A DNA stretch of 64,000 bases from Escherichia coli (GTDB lineage Bacteria > Pseudomonadota > Gammaproteobacteria > Enterobacterales > Enterobacteriaceae): NCBI RefSeq assembly GCF_024298765.1, contig NZ_CP101210.1, one strand, 5' to 3'. Below the pieces are notes generated by a model. It saw only the letters and a program-made list of their open reading frames with translations. It was not told the DNA's origin and searched no databases. Shown here piece after piece: positions 43,423-54,491 of the stretch. Position numbers and translations under genes: made by a program. Every line of letters starts with the position of its first letter. Position 1 is the stretch's first letter.

Positions 43423-44474
43423 AATTCAACACGCGTCCCTGTTTCTGCGGATTGATACAACGCCGCCACCAGTTGCTGGATGATGTACCCCTGCTCGGCG
43501 TCGGCTATCATCACGGGCTTGCCCTGTACGTGATTGATAAAGGCTTCCATGCTGCGCAAATGGCGGTTGTCGTCTGCCATTTCCCGTTGCATCAGCGTCA
43601 TTAATTCACCGTTGTTATCGGTGTAGAGATGTGCCGGAAACAGCGTCGCACCGGCTTTATCACCACAAAAGCTGACATTCATAATCGACTGTTCGCGGAT
43701 GTTGAGTGCAAATGACGTTTCCAGCCACAGAATGCCGCCGTTATGAAATTCAATGGTGCCAAACAGCGAATCTTCGACGCTGTAAGTTGCCGGATACCAC
43801 TCGCCAAATTGACCACAGCTCTTTTGTGTGCCGATCTTTTGAAAGCTATGCGCGGTCACGCTTTTCACCGCCGGAAAGCCCAGTACATACATCGCCGCAT
43901 CCAGCATATGAATGCCGATGTCAATAAGCGGCCCGCCGCCCTGCAATTCTTTATTGGTAAAAACGCCCCAGCCGGGAACGCCGCAGCGACGCAGGGCGCG
44001 GGCGGTGGTAACGTAAATCTCTCCCAAAACGCCGTTGGTCACCTGTTCACGCAGCTGTTGCGTATCGAGTGCAAAACGATGGTGAAAGTCGTAGGCCAGC
44101 ACCTTGCCCTGTTTGCGCGCGGTATCGCACATTTCCCGCGCCTGTTCTGGCGTCATGGCGGGCGGTTTTTCGCACATCACATGGCAGCCCGCTTCCAGCG
44201 CCATCAGGGTATGTTCGTAATGAAAACGGTTAGGTGAGCAGACGCTAACCACATCAGGTTTCACCGCCAGCAGCATGGCCTGCGGATCGTCCCACACGGA
44301 TGCATTCCCGTATTTTTCTGCCAGCGCCTGCGCCTGGGAAAGGCGGCTGTCACAGACAGCCACCAGTTCCAGATCGTTGCGGGTGCAGTAGTACGAAGCA
44401 TGAACTTTATCCGCCACCTGGCCCGCGCCTATTATCGCGACCCGCAGCGGAGAGCTTGTCATTGCACTTTTCAC
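43419..44474 (-). CDS. ycjS: Gfo/Idh/MocA-family sugar dehydrogenase (glucoside 3-dehydrogenase)
   Basis: 351-aa ORF; N-terminal Rossmann motif IIGAGQVA. Confidence 0.9.
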   Translation of the reverse strand: MKSAMTSSPLRVAIIGAGQVADKVHASYYCTRNDLELVAVCDSRLSQAQALAEKYGNASVWDDPQAMLLAVKPDVVSVCSPNRFHYEHTLMALEAGCHVMCEKPPAMTPEQAREMCDTARKQGKVLAYDFHHRFALDTQQLREQVTNGVLGEIYVTTARALRRCGVPGWGVFTNKELQGGGPLIDIGIHMLDAAMYVLGFPAVKSVTAHSFQKIGTQKSCGQFGEWYPATYSVEDSLFGTIEFHNGGILWLETSFALNIREQSIMNVSFCGDKAGATLFPAHLYTDNNGELMTLMQREMADDNRHLRSMEAFINHVQGKPVMIADAEQGYIIQQLVAALYQSAETGTRVEL

Positions 44475-44483
44475 AAAGACCTC

Positions 44484-45281
44484 TTAGCAGGTACGCAACC
44501 AGGCCAAAGAATCACGGTACGCCTGGGCTGGATCTTCCGCCCGGATGCGCCCTTCGTACACCACATAGCCCTGATAGTTATCCGCGCGCAGCTGTTCAAA
44601 CAGCGCGTGGAAATCCAGGGTGCCGCTGCCCGGCTGGTAGCGATGGTTATCGGCAATATGCACATGACCGAGCAGGTCGCGGTTGTCATGCAGCGCCTGC
44701 GCCAGGTTATCTTCTTCGATATTCATGTGATAGAAATCGCCGATAATCTGTACATGTTTAAGATCGTTTTCGACGATGTAACGGCGGGCATCGGCGAGGG
44801 TGTTGATCATGTGATCCTGATAACGGTTTAACGGTTCGAGGTACACCACGGTTCCGGTACATGCGGCCACCTTTTCCAGTACGCGCAGGGAATCACTCAC
44901 CATTTTGCGGTCGCCGTCCAGGCTACGCGGCGAGGTCATCGGCGGTAAGCGGAAGGTAAACATGCCCCATGCAGCCGGAACGACGATACCTTTACCGCCC
45001 ACTTCTGCCAGAGCTTCAAGAATGCGTTCGATCTGCTTTAAGCCATTAAGTCGACGCTCCTCGATAAAGTCGCCAATCCAACCGTCATAGCCACCGCAGG
45101 CGGTGGTCACCGGTAAACCGGTTTCTTTGATTGCTGCTTTGACTTCTTCGAGATTGTTGACCAGCAGTTTGCCGTCAATCTCAAAACCATCGAAACCCAT
45201 CTCTTTGATATAACGAAATTTCTCCAGAATGTTTTCCGGAAAGAACGCCTGATTCTGTGTGCCGATTTTCATTTTTTTCAT
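44484..45281 (-). CDS. ycjR: Sugar epimerase/isomerase (xylose isomerase-like TIM barrel)
   Basis: 265-aa ORF; real start may be the internal MKIGTQNQ (262 aa). Confidence 0.9.
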   Translation of the reverse strand: MKKMKIGTQNQAFFPENILEKFRYIKEMGFDGFEIDGKLLVNNLEEVKAAIKETGLPVTTACGGYDGWIGDFIEERRLNGLKQIERILEALAEVGGKGIVVPAAWGMFTFRLPPMTSPRSLDGDRKMVSDSLRVLEKVAACTGTVVYLEPLNRYQDHMINTLADARRYIVENDLKHVQIIGDFYHMNIEEDNLAQALHDNRDLLGHVHIADNHRYQPGSGTLDFHALFEQLRADNYQGYVVYEGRIRAEDPAQAYRDSLAWLRTC

Positions 45282-45290
45282 TCCTTTGAA

Positions 45291-46343
45291 TTAAAACGTA
45301 ACGCCCATTTTGATGCTCTGTTCCGGATGCTGGTCGACATACTGCATGTAGCTTTCCGGGCTGTTAGCAAAGGTCACCACCGGGTCGATTAAATCTTCAC
45401 AATTGAGATAACCGTTCATCAGCAGTTCCCAGCAGGTTTCTTCAATACGCTTGCGACTCCAGCGCGGATAATCCGGGTTCGGCTCGCTGCACGCACGGGA
45501 GAAAACAATTTTGGCGTTGTTGAAATGCGCTTCGCGTCCGAGGTTAAAACCTTCGGCAAACGGTTTGGCAAACGCGACATACGAGATGGTGCCGCCATAT
45601 GCCAGACCTCGTAGCGCCGATTGCAGCGCGTCGGCATAGCCGCTGGTTTCGATAATCACATCGGCACCCTGCTTGCCGGTTAGCGTTTTGATCTCTTTGC
45701 CTACGTCAGTGCCAATGGGGTTAAGGCAGAAATCCGCGCCATGGCGACGGGCAATCTCACAGCGATGGGCGATAGGATCGACGCCAATCACCACCGACGC
45801 GCCAGCACGTTTAGCCAGTTGAATGGCAATTTGACCGATCGCGCCAAGCCCTACCACCACCACAAAATCGCCCACGCGCACATTGGCATCGCGCACGCCG
45901 CTCATGGCAAACTGCGCCGGGTCGTAGCAGACAGCGTTTTTCCACGAACTGCCTTGCGGCATTTTGCGCAGCTTGTAGTTATTCACTGCGTTAATGATGA
46001 CCGTCTCGGAGAGCGGGCCGTAGCCGCATACGCTGTCGCCCACCGCGTAGTCGGTAACGTCGCTGCCGCACTCGATAATGTCGCCAACCACCATGTTGCC
46101 AAGCTGGAATTTGCCAAACTCAATGCCGCGCGGCGCATCTGCCGGACGCGGGGTGAACATCTGCCATTCGCCGTTAAAGTCTTCATCGATAAACGGACTG
46201 GCAGCGCGGAAATCGACCACTTCCGTCCCGTGCTTCGGTGCGCCGAAGCGCACGCGGATCTTCACTTCATTGGCTAAAATCGCCCGATCTTCATACTCAA
46301 CCAGCGCAGCAACGCGCGGTGCTGTGGCTACTAACTTTTTCAT
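45291..46343 (-). CDS. ycjQ: Zinc-dependent MDR-family alcohol/sugar dehydrogenase
   Basis: 350-aa ORF; Rossmann motif GLGAIGQ. Confidence 0.9.
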   Translation of the reverse strand: MKKLVATAPRVAALVEYEDRAILANEVKIRVRFGAPKHGTEVVDFRAASPFIDEDFNGEWQMFTPRPADAPRGIEFGKFQLGNMVVGDIIECGSDVTDYAVGDSVCGYGPLSETVIINAVNNYKLRKMPQGSSWKNAVCYDPAQFAMSGVRDANVRVGDFVVVVGLGAIGQIAIQLAKRAGASVVIGVDPIAHRCEIARRHGADFCLNPIGTDVGKEIKTLTGKQGADVIIETSGYADALQSALRGLAYGGTISYVAFAKPFAEGFNLGREAHFNNAKIVFSRACSEPNPDYPRWSRKRIEETCWELLMNGYLNCEDLIDPVVTFANSPESYMQYVDQHPEQSIKMGVTF

Positions 46344-46373
46344 GTAAAACTCCTTGTAAAGAAACTCGCCGCT

Positions 46374-47216
46374 TTAGCCCTTCACGCCACCGGCGGTCAA
46401 ACCACTCTTAATAAAACGTTCCGAAAGCGCGTACATAATCACCACCGGCAATGCGGTCACCAGCGAGGCCGCCATCATCCGTCCCCAGATGTAATCAGGC
46501 GTACTGAACAGCGCGTTCAGTCCCACAGGTAAGGTGAAATTGCTGGCGCTGGAGAGGAAAATCGACGCAAACAGATAGTCGTTCCACGCCACCATAAAGC
46601 AGTAGACGAACACGGATATCAGCCCGGACATCGCCAGGGGCACGGTGATACGGAAGATGATTTGCAGACGGTTGAGGCCATCCATCATCGCCGCTTCTTC
46701 GATCTCATCAGGGATGGTGTCGAAGTAGCTTTTCAGCATAAACACGGCGGTGGGCAGGGTTTGCGTCACCATGGTAATGATCAGCGCCATCTCGGTGTCG
46801 TAAATACCAAGCGCGGTGATGATTTTGAACAGCGGCACCACCAGCAAAATGCCAGAGAACATGTACACCGTGTAAAAGCTGGCGTTGATGGTCATCCGGC
46901 CTTTAAAGCGCAGGCGGGAAAGCGCGTAAGCTCCGAGAATGCCGAGAAATACCGCCACCACGGATGAAACCACCGACACCACCATGCTGTTACGGAAGTA
47001 GTCGACAAACGGGAAAATCATCGGGTTAAAAATGTCGACATAATGCTCCAGCGTCCACTGTTGCGGCAGCAGCGTAGGATGCAGCGAGATCGCCTCTTTT
47101 GCGCTCTTGAACGAGGTCATCAGCATCACAAAAAACGGAAACAGCGTGATGATGAGAAACAGCGCCAGCCCGCAGTAAAAACCGATGCGACTGAGTGTGC
47201 GTTTATTTGTTGCCAT
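46374..47216 (-). CDS. ycjP: ABC transporter permease (MalG-like)
   Basis: 280-aa polytopic membrane ORF; overlaps ycjO 3' end. Confidence 0.9.
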   Translation of the reverse strand: MATNKRTLSRIGFYCGLALFLIITLFPFFVMLMTSFKSAKEAISLHPTLLPQQWTLEHYVDIFNPMIFPFVDYFRNSMVVSVVSSVVAVFLGILGAYALSRLRFKGRMTINASFYTVYMFSGILLVVPLFKIITALGIYDTEMALIITMVTQTLPTAVFMLKSYFDTIPDEIEEAAMMDGLNRLQIIFRITVPLAMSGLISVFVYCFMVAWNDYLFASIFLSSASNFTLPVGLNALFSTPDYIWGRMMAASLVTALPVVIMYALSERFIKSGLTAGGVKG

Positions 47217-48084
47217 TGAGGTTCACCCGTTTTCTGGTCAGCAGAATGACAGCGAAAATAATGATGAAGAGCACCACTGAGATCGCCGCCGCTTTCCCTA
47301 AGTCATTAAAGGCAAAGGCGGTTTTGTAGAGATAGACACCGAGAATATCGACCTTGGTCGTCAGCAGATAAACATCCGCGAACATGTAGAACATCCAGAT
47401 GGTGCGCAGGGTCACCACCGTCGCCAGGACCGGCATAATCGCGGGCAGCGTGACGATACGAAACCGTTGCCAGGCATTAGCGCCATCCATCTCTGCCGCT
47501 TCGTACAGCGATTTGTCGATGGTCTGCAAAATCGCCAGAAACGAAATAAAGGCATACGGGAAGTAGCGCCAGATGGCGAACAGCACCACCAGCACAAAGC
47601 TACTGCCCGGATTATCGAACCACAGCGGTGCCTGCTCATAGAGATGCAGAAGATCGACGCCGAGGTAGTTCACAATGCCGTAACCGTTGTTGAACATGTA
47701 TTTCCAGGCGAACACCAGCGAAATAGACGGCGTTACGTAGGAGAGGATCACCAGCGAACGCGCGGTTTTGCGCAGGCGGAACTCGCGGTTGAAAAACATC
47801 GCCACGGCCAGCCCGAGCACGGCGCTGCCCGCCACCACCAGTGTGGTATACCAGACCGTCATCCACAGCGAGTGCCAGAAGCCGGGATCGGAGAGAATAC
47901 GCACGTAGTTGCTCACCCCAACAAACGTTGACTCGATGTTGGGATTAAGCGGCAGACGTAAAAAACTGATTTCGATATTCGACACCATCGGCCACGCCAC
48001 CAGACCGCCCAGCAGTAATAAGCTGGGCGCGAGAAGCAACAGCGCAAAGGGCATATCGGAACGACCTGAAAAAAGCCTGTTCAT
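47203..48084 (-). CDS. ycjO: ABC transporter permease (MalF-like)
   Basis: 293-aa polytopic membrane ORF. Confidence 0.9.
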   Translation of the reverse strand: MNRLFSGRSDMPFALLLLAPSLLLLGGLVAWPMVSNIEISFLRLPLNPNIESTFVGVSNYVRILSDPGFWHSLWMTVWYTTLVVAGSAVLGLAVAMFFNREFRLRKTARSLVILSYVTPSISLVFAWKYMFNNGYGIVNYLGVDLLHLYEQAPLWFDNPGSSFVLVVLFAIWRYFPYAFISFLAILQTIDKSLYEAAEMDGANAWQRFRIVTLPAIMPVLATVVTLRTIWMFYMFADVYLLTTKVDILGVYLYKTAFAFNDLGKAAAISVVLFIIIFAVILLTRKRVNLNGNK

Positions 48085-48104
48085 TGCGGATTCCTGTCCT
48101 GGGT

Positions 48105-49397
48105 TTAGCGCTGTTCAACCAACTCATCCAGCTTTTTCTGGCTCGTTTGCAGCGTGCCAGGGAGGTCGGCTTTACCCACGGTGACGTTATGCACCATGGA
48201 GCTCACCACGCCAGAACCCGTCACATCGCCCATGCGGGTAAAATTTTTATCCCCTACTGCGCCAAAGACCTGAATATTTGGCAGTTCGCTGATTAACTGA
48301 TTTGGCAGCTCACCCAGCGCCTTAATAACGTCGTTGTCTTTCCAGGTGGCGGTAGTGACAACCGCTTTGTTCACCGGCAGCGCCGCGCCTGGCGACATCA
48401 TCACCCAGTCGGCAATGTTGTCTGCCTGCTCCATAAAGGTGACAAATTTTTCAGCCGCTTCCGTCTCTTCGGCCTTTTGCCCGGCGGTAATGGTCAGCGA
48501 GGTCAACATGCCGTAGACCGCAGAGTTTTTCTCGGTGGGTACAACGAAACCAACGTTTTTCGGATCGCCCTCTTTAATCACAGCCGGAAGGATATAGGTG
48601 GAGTAAATCGCCATCGGCGCGGTGCCGTTCATAAAAGCGTCTTTCACTTCCATGATGTCGTTAGAACCCGGCATGGTGTTGGCAGCAAGGTCGCGGTAAT
48701 AGGTCAGCGCCTGCATCATCTCTGGGGTATCAAGGGTGATTTTGCCTTCGGCGTTAAAGACGTTAGCCTGATTGGATAACGCAAACTGGGAGAAAGATTG
48801 TTCCGTCAGCACACTTTCTGCCGTAGGCAGTGCAATGCCATATTTTTTATTCGCCGGGTCATTCAGTTTCTGCGCGACATCCAGCAATTGCTGCCAGTTT
48901 TTCGGCTCCTCCAGCCCGGCTTTTGCCAGCACATCTTTGCGATACCAGATGCCGCCAATCCATGCGCTCACGGGAACACCGGTCCAGGCGCTGCCATCTT
49001 CGGTGCGCACAATACGCAGTACGCCATCGTAGAACGCGCCTTCACCAACGTTGCTGATGACCGTGGCAACCGCTTTACGATCGATAAGCTGCTCTTTGTC
49101 CATAACTTTGGCGTAGTCATGGCTGGTTTCGATCACTTCCGGCAGCGAGCCGCTACGTGACAGGGTTATGACTTTGGTGTTATAGGCATCTTCTTCCACT
49201 GGCACTTGTTTAACGGTGATGCCCGGGTTTTCTTTTTCAAAACGGGCAATCAATTTACTGATAACGGCCTGGCGCTCCTGCTCCACCGAAGAATGCATAA
49301 ATTCGATGGATACATGGGTTTTATTTTCTTCTTTACAGCCTGAAATCAGGGCGCAGGAAACCAGTGCTGATAACAGCACGATTTTTGATTTAATCAT
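48105..49397 (-). CDS. ycjN: Periplasmic sugar-binding protein of the ABC transporter
   Basis: 430-aa ORF with lipoprotein-type signal (LISGC). Confidence 0.9.
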   Translation of the reverse strand: MIKSKIVLLSALVSCALISGCKEENKTHVSIEFMHSSVEQERQAVISKLIARFEKENPGITVKQVPVEEDAYNTKVITLSRSGSLPEVIETSHDYAKVMDKEQLIDRKAVATVISNVGEGAFYDGVLRIVRTEDGSAWTGVPVSAWIGGIWYRKDVLAKAGLEEPKNWQQLLDVAQKLNDPANKKYGIALPTAESVLTEQSFSQFALSNQANVFNAEGKITLDTPEMMQALTYYRDLAANTMPGSNDIMEVKDAFMNGTAPMAIYSTYILPAVIKEGDPKNVGFVVPTEKNSAVYGMLTSLTITAGQKAEETEAAEKFVTFMEQADNIADWVMMSPGAALPVNKAVVTTATWKDNDVIKALGELPNQLISELPNIQVFGAVGDKNFTRMGDVTGSGVVSSMVHNVTVGKADLPGTLQTSQKKLDELVEQR

Positions 49398-49410
49398 GAG
49401 ATGTTCCTTT

Positions 49411-51090
49411 TTATTTAATCCACATAACCTGCCAGGGGCGCAGCGTTATTTCATTACCCAATATATCAACTTCACTAATCAGATCCCGACCATGCAGATC
49501 AGTAATATTTATATGCTGAATATTTTCACTGACATTAAACAATCCTGTCAGACAATTACCATCCGCGTTGCTTCTTTGAATACACATTACGGATGAATTA
49601 ACCGTATCGATGGTAAAATCATTATCCGGATGAAACTCGTTATGGCTGCGACGAAGTGTAATTAAACGCGACAACTGATGATATACCGCATGCCTTAATG
49701 TAGCTTCATCGTTCAGTTCCTGTGTTATCTCTTCACTGTGATATTTTTTACGGTTAATCGCACGGTTATATCCGAGTTTTTCGACACCTGCGTAATCATT
49801 ACGCGAGCCCAGAATACTTTGAATATATATCGCTGGCACACCGGGGAAACTTAACAAAATCGCACGGGCAAGGATAAACCTGGCACAACGTTCTACATCG
49901 CTACTCTCGCGGCGGCTTAACGCATCCATATAGGTGACATTTATTTCATAGGGACTGCGCGTACCGTCGGGATTATTTTTCCAGTTTACTAATGCACCTT
50001 CCTGCTGTAATGCCTCGACCAGCGCTAATATTTCGCTTTCTGGTAACAAGCCACGCAGTGGGTTCAACCCGATGCCATCGTGAGAGGCGAGGAAGTTAAA
50101 CCAGGTGGTGTTGCTGGAAGGTAGTGTCAGGTTTTGCGCCCACGCACAAAGCGCCTCAACGTTCTGTTTTTGCACCGCATGCAGCACCAGCGGCGGCAGC
50201 GAGAACTGGTACACCATATGCGCTTCGTCATCGCCTTCGCCAAAGTAAGCAATGTTGTCTTTATGCGGAACATTGGTCTCGGTAATGATCACTGTACCTG
50301 GTGCTACGTCATCAATAATCGACCATAACAGCTTGATAATCAGATGTGTTTTTTCCAGATGGATGCAGCTTGTTCCTGGCTCTTTCCACATAAAGCCAAC
50401 GGCATCCAGCCGGACATATTCTGCGCCCTTTTCCAGGTAGCACAGCAATACATCCACCATCGCCAGCAACACTTCAGGGCTACGGTAATTGAGGTCAATT
50501 TGATCGTCGCTAAAGGTGGTCCATAAATGGCGCGTGGAATTATCGCGCATCTGGAATGGCGTTAATAACGGTAACGCACGCGGGCGAGTGACGGCGCTGA
50601 GATCGGTTTGCGGGTCAACGGCAATAAAAAAATCTTCAAAACCTGGCTGCTGTTGTAAATAGTTTTTAAACCATTCACTTTTTGCCGACATATGGTTGCA
50701 GACAAAATCAAACATTAAATGACTGCATTCACCGAGTTGCTGAATATCCTGCCACTCCCCCGCTTCACTGGCGACCTGATGATAATCAATTACCGAAAAG
50801 CCATCATCAGATGACCATGGATAAAACGGCAACAAATGAACATGTGAAAAAATGCTTTGAAGCCATTGAGGGTAAAACTGATTAAATGTGGGTAGTGGTT
50901 TTAAATCATTACTGTGAAATTGATCAGCATAGGTAATTAACACGACATCACTTTCATCCCAGTGTTTTTTACGTCGCTGTGTAATTAATCGTTTCGCACT
51001 CTCAAGACGCGTTACAAGTTTCTGTAAATGAGTTGCGGTAAATGTTCCACCGTAGATTTCGTCCAGGTAATCCGTAATTTTCTGTTCCAT
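49411..51090 (-). CDS. ycjM: GH13 sucrose-phosphorylase-like enzyme (glucosylglycerate phosphorylase)
   Basis: ORF 49411..51117; start preferred at MEQKITDYLDEIYGG (559 aa). Confidence 0.92.
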   Translation of the reverse strand: MEQKITDYLDEIYGGTFTATHLQKLVTRLESAKRLITQRRKKHWDESDVVLITYADQFHSNDLKPLPTFNQFYPQWLQSIFSHVHLLPFYPWSSDDGFSVIDYHQVASEAGEWQDIQQLGECSHLMFDFVCNHMSAKSEWFKNYLQQQPGFEDFFIAVDPQTDLSAVTRPRALPLLTPFQMRDNSTRHLWTTFSDDQIDLNYRSPEVLLAMVDVLLCYLEKGAEYVRLDAVGFMWKEPGTSCIHLEKTHLIIKLLWSIIDDVAPGTVIITETNVPHKDNIAYFGEGDDEAHMVYQFSLPPLVLHAVQKQNVEALCAWAQNLTLPSSNTTWFNFLASHDGIGLNPLRGLLPESEILALVEALQQEGALVNWKNNPDGTRSPYEINVTYMDALSRRESSDVERCARFILARAILLSFPGVPAIYIQSILGSRNDYAGVEKLGYNRAINRKKYHSEEITQELNDEATLRHAVYHQLSRLITLRRSHNEFHPDNDFTIDTVNSSVMCIQRSNADGNCLTGLFNVSENIQHINITDLHGRDLISEVDILGNEITLRPWQVMWIK

Positions 51091-51100
51091 GTTGCCTTTC

Positions 51101-51117
51101 CGTGGTAGCGGTCCCAT
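51101..51117 (-). promoter_or_regulatory. Copy 2 of the 17-nt repeat, 11-27 nt upstream of the ycjM start codon
   Basis: See copy 1. Confidence 0.45.
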
Positions 51118-51303
51118 GAAACGAGAGACTACTCCGCAGAAAATAAACTGTCAATTGAGCACAAGGGTTTTAGTCACGCAGGAAATCATTTTTTACCAGG
51201 GAAAAAGCGTATTTGTGAGCTGACGCAAATAATCTATGGGGATGTACATAAGGTGTGACAGAAAAAGTAAACGGCGCATAAGCGCCGCTTAGGGTGGATT
51301 CTT

Positions 51304-51618
51304 TTAACCTTTGACCTTCGGCATTGCGATGTCTTTCAGGCCACCGGCGTTCTCAACGTGGGTATATCCCATCTCGCTAAGGATCTCTTTTGCCTGCCCT
51401 GACTGGCGTCCGGCATTGCAATACACTTTCACGGTGTCGTTTTTATCCGGAACGGCGGTGGCAATGCGCTCTTTCACTTCCTTCAGGGGAATATTGATGG
51501 CCCCCTGAACGTGCTCTTGCTGATACTGCTCAGGAACACGAACATCGATCCAGTGTTCAGCGGCGAAAACGGGCAGTGAAAACACCAGTGTCAGAGCAAG
51601 TAAGCCTTTTTTAAACAT
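51304..51618 (-). CDS. pspE: Periplasmic thiosulfate sulfurtransferase (rhodanese) PspE
   Basis: 104-aa ORF with signal peptide; active-site Cys in CNAGRQS. Confidence 0.95.
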   Translation of the reverse strand: MFKKGLLALTLVFSLPVFAAEHWIDVRVPEQYQQEHVQGAINIPLKEVKERIATAVPDKNDTVKVYCNAGRQSGQAKEILSEMGYTHVENAGGLKDIAMPKVKG

Positions 51619-51692
51619 GTAAGCGTCCTTCTATGGATGAAAATTGCCATCCATAATACGCCTTAGCTTTAACAATTTTTGCGAAACTCCCC

Positions 51693-51914
51693 TCACCTTT
51701 TATAACGCTGCGCCAGTTTATTGGCAGCCCGACTTAACAGCGGTTCCAGCGCCACAGCCAGCAACATTTTCAGCGGTCGGCGAGCAACTGATTTTATCGC
51801 CCAGCCCGCCACACCCGCCGGGCCATAGCGCAGTGCGGTAAGAAGTACCAGCTTGCCTGCTAATTTGAAACCAGGCTTCACCTTTTGCCCGGCCTGTTGC
51901 CAGCGAGTATTCAT
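51693..51914 (-). CDS. pspD: Phage shock protein D
   Basis: ORF 51693..51926; start preferred at [10 protein letters not shown] (73 aa). Confidence 0.9.
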
Positions 51915-51922
51915 AACTTTCC

Positions 51923-52282
51923 TCACAGTTGACGGAAACGGCTACGTAACGTGAAAGTATCGGAAGTGACATAACGTTCCATCTCGCGTAAACGCGTTTC
52001 ACTTGCCGCCAGTTCACGGTCGACTTCATCCAGCAATTCACTGCTGGAAGGTAGCTGCTCACCAAAGGCCATGTTGTCCGGCATTGGATCAAGCGCAAAT
52101 GACAAAATGATGTAAGCAACCAGGGTAAACAGCGCCAGACCGAAGAAAATCGACAGCACCACCAGGATACGCACCAGTTTTACTGGTACATCAAAATAGT
52201 TGGCAATCCCGGCGCAGACGCCACGGACCATGCCCTGCTGTGGAATACGCCATAATTTTTTATTGAGATTAATGCCCGCCAT
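51923..52282 (-). CDS. pspC: Phage shock protein C
   Basis: 119-aa [32 protein letters not shown]..., single TM. Confidence 0.95.
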
Positions 52283-52506
52283 TAGCGATCCCTCCAGTTC
52301 GGATGTTCTGCATCAAGAATGGATTCCAGCGCCTGAATACGTTCGCGCATCCGTTTTGCTTCATCAGCCAGTTGCGCTAATCGCTGCTGCTCACTTTGCG
52401 ACAATTCACTGCGACCAGAACGATTGCTGTAATGCAGCCATAACCAGATCGGTAAAACAAACAGCACAAAAATGGTTAACGGAATAGCCAGAAATAGCGC
52501 GCTCAT
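52282..52506 (-). CDS. pspB: Phage shock protein B
   Basis: 74-aa ORF, MSALFLAIPLTIFVLFVLPIWLWLHY... Confidence 0.95.
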   Translation of the reverse strand: MSALFLAIPLTIFVLFVLPIWLWLHYSNRSGRSELSQSEQQRLAQLADEAKRMRERIQALESILDAEHPNWRDR

Positions 52507-52559
52507 AAGGACTCCTTAGACGATGAGCGGCGGCGCGTTCGGACGCCGCCTGGATGTTA

Positions 52560-53300
<741 letters not shown>

Positions 53301-53394
53301 TTATCTTTTTGATTTATAAAGATCTGATTGAAGAATCAACAGCAACATGCCAGGATGAATTAGCGAATTACACTAACAAGTGGCGAATTTCATC

Positions 53395-54372
53395 ATGGCA
53401 GAATACAAAGATAATTTACTTGGTGAGGCGAATAGCTTTCTCGAAGTGCTGGAACAGGTTTCGCATCTCGCACCACTGGATAAACCGGTGCTCATCATCG
53501 GCGAACGCGGCACCGGTAAAGAGTTGATTGCCAGCCGCCTGCATTATCTCTCCTCCCGTTGGCAAGGGCCGTTTATTTCCCTTAACTGCGCGGCGTTAAA
53601 TGAAAATCTGCTGGATTCCGAACTGTTTGGTCACGAAGCGGGGGCGTTTACCGGTGCGCAAAAACGTCATCCTGGGAGATTTGAACGTGCCGATGGCGGT
53701 ACGCTATTTCTTGATGAACTCGCTACGGCACCGATGATGGTGCAGGAAAAATTATTGCGTGTGATTGAGTACGGTGAACTGGAGCGCGTTGGCGGTAGCC
53801 AGCCATTGCAGGTGAATGTGCGGTTGGTATGCGCGACGAATGCCGATCTCCCGGCGATGGTCAATGAAGGCACTTTTCGCGCTGACCTGCTCGACCGGCT
53901 GGCTTTTGATGTTGTGCAACTGCCACCCCTGCGCGAGCGCGAAAGCGACATTATGCTGATGGCAGAACACTTTGCCATCCAGATGTGTCGGGAAATCAAG
54001 CTGCCTCTGTTCCCGGGGTTTACGGAGCGCGCCAGAGAAACATTGCTGAATTATCGCTGGCCGGGAAATATTCGTGAATTGAAAAACGTGGTGGAACGTT
54101 CAGTATATCGCCACGGCACCAGCGATTATCCGCTTGATGACATTATTATTGATCCCTTTAAACGGCGTCCGCCTGAAGACGCTATCGCCGTTTCAGAAAT
54201 CACCTCGCTTCCAACACTGCCGCTGGATTTACGTGAGTTTCAGATGCAGCAGGAAAAAGAGTTGCTGCAACTCAGTTTGCAACAAGGGAAATATAACCAG
54301 AAGCGCGCGGCTGAATTACTGGGGTTAACCTATCATCAGTTCCGCGCGTTGTTGAAAAAGCACCAGATTTAG
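53395..54372 (+). CDS. pspF: Sigma-54 activator PspF (bacterial enhancer-binding protein)
   Basis: ORF 53380..54372; start preferred at MAEYKDNLLGEAN (325 aa); Walker A GERGTGKE, GAFTGA motif, C-terminal HTH. Confidence 0.96.
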   Translation: MAEYKDNLLGEANSFLEVLEQVSHLAPLDKPVLIIGERGTGKELIASRLHYLSSRWQGPFISLNCAALNENLLDSELFGHEAGAFTGAQKRHPGRFERADGGTLFLDELATAPMMVQEKLLRVIEYGELERVGGSQPLQVNVRLVCATNADLPAMVNEGTFRADLLDRLAFDVVQLPPLRERESDIMLMAEHFAIQMCREIKLPLFPGFTERARETLLNYRWPGNIRELKNVVERSVYRHGTSDYPLDDIIIDPFKRRPPEDAIAVSEITSLPTLPLDLREFQMQQEKELLQLSLQQGKYNQKRAAELLGLTYHQFRALLKKHQI

Positions 54373-54393
54373 CGAAGTTGGGCAATACAACTT

Positions 54394-54474
54394 GCCGGAT
54401 GCGGCGTGAACGCCTTATCCGGCATACATAATCAATACGTTGTTTGCAGGCCTGATAAGCGCAGCGCATCAGAC
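54394..54474. repeat. REP/BIME palindromic units between convergent pspF and puuE
   Basis: tgccggatgcggcgtgaacgccttatccggcatac plus a second unit (gcctgataagcgcagcgcatcag). Confidence 0.8.
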
Positions 54475-54491
54475 ATTATTGCGTTGGGCTA

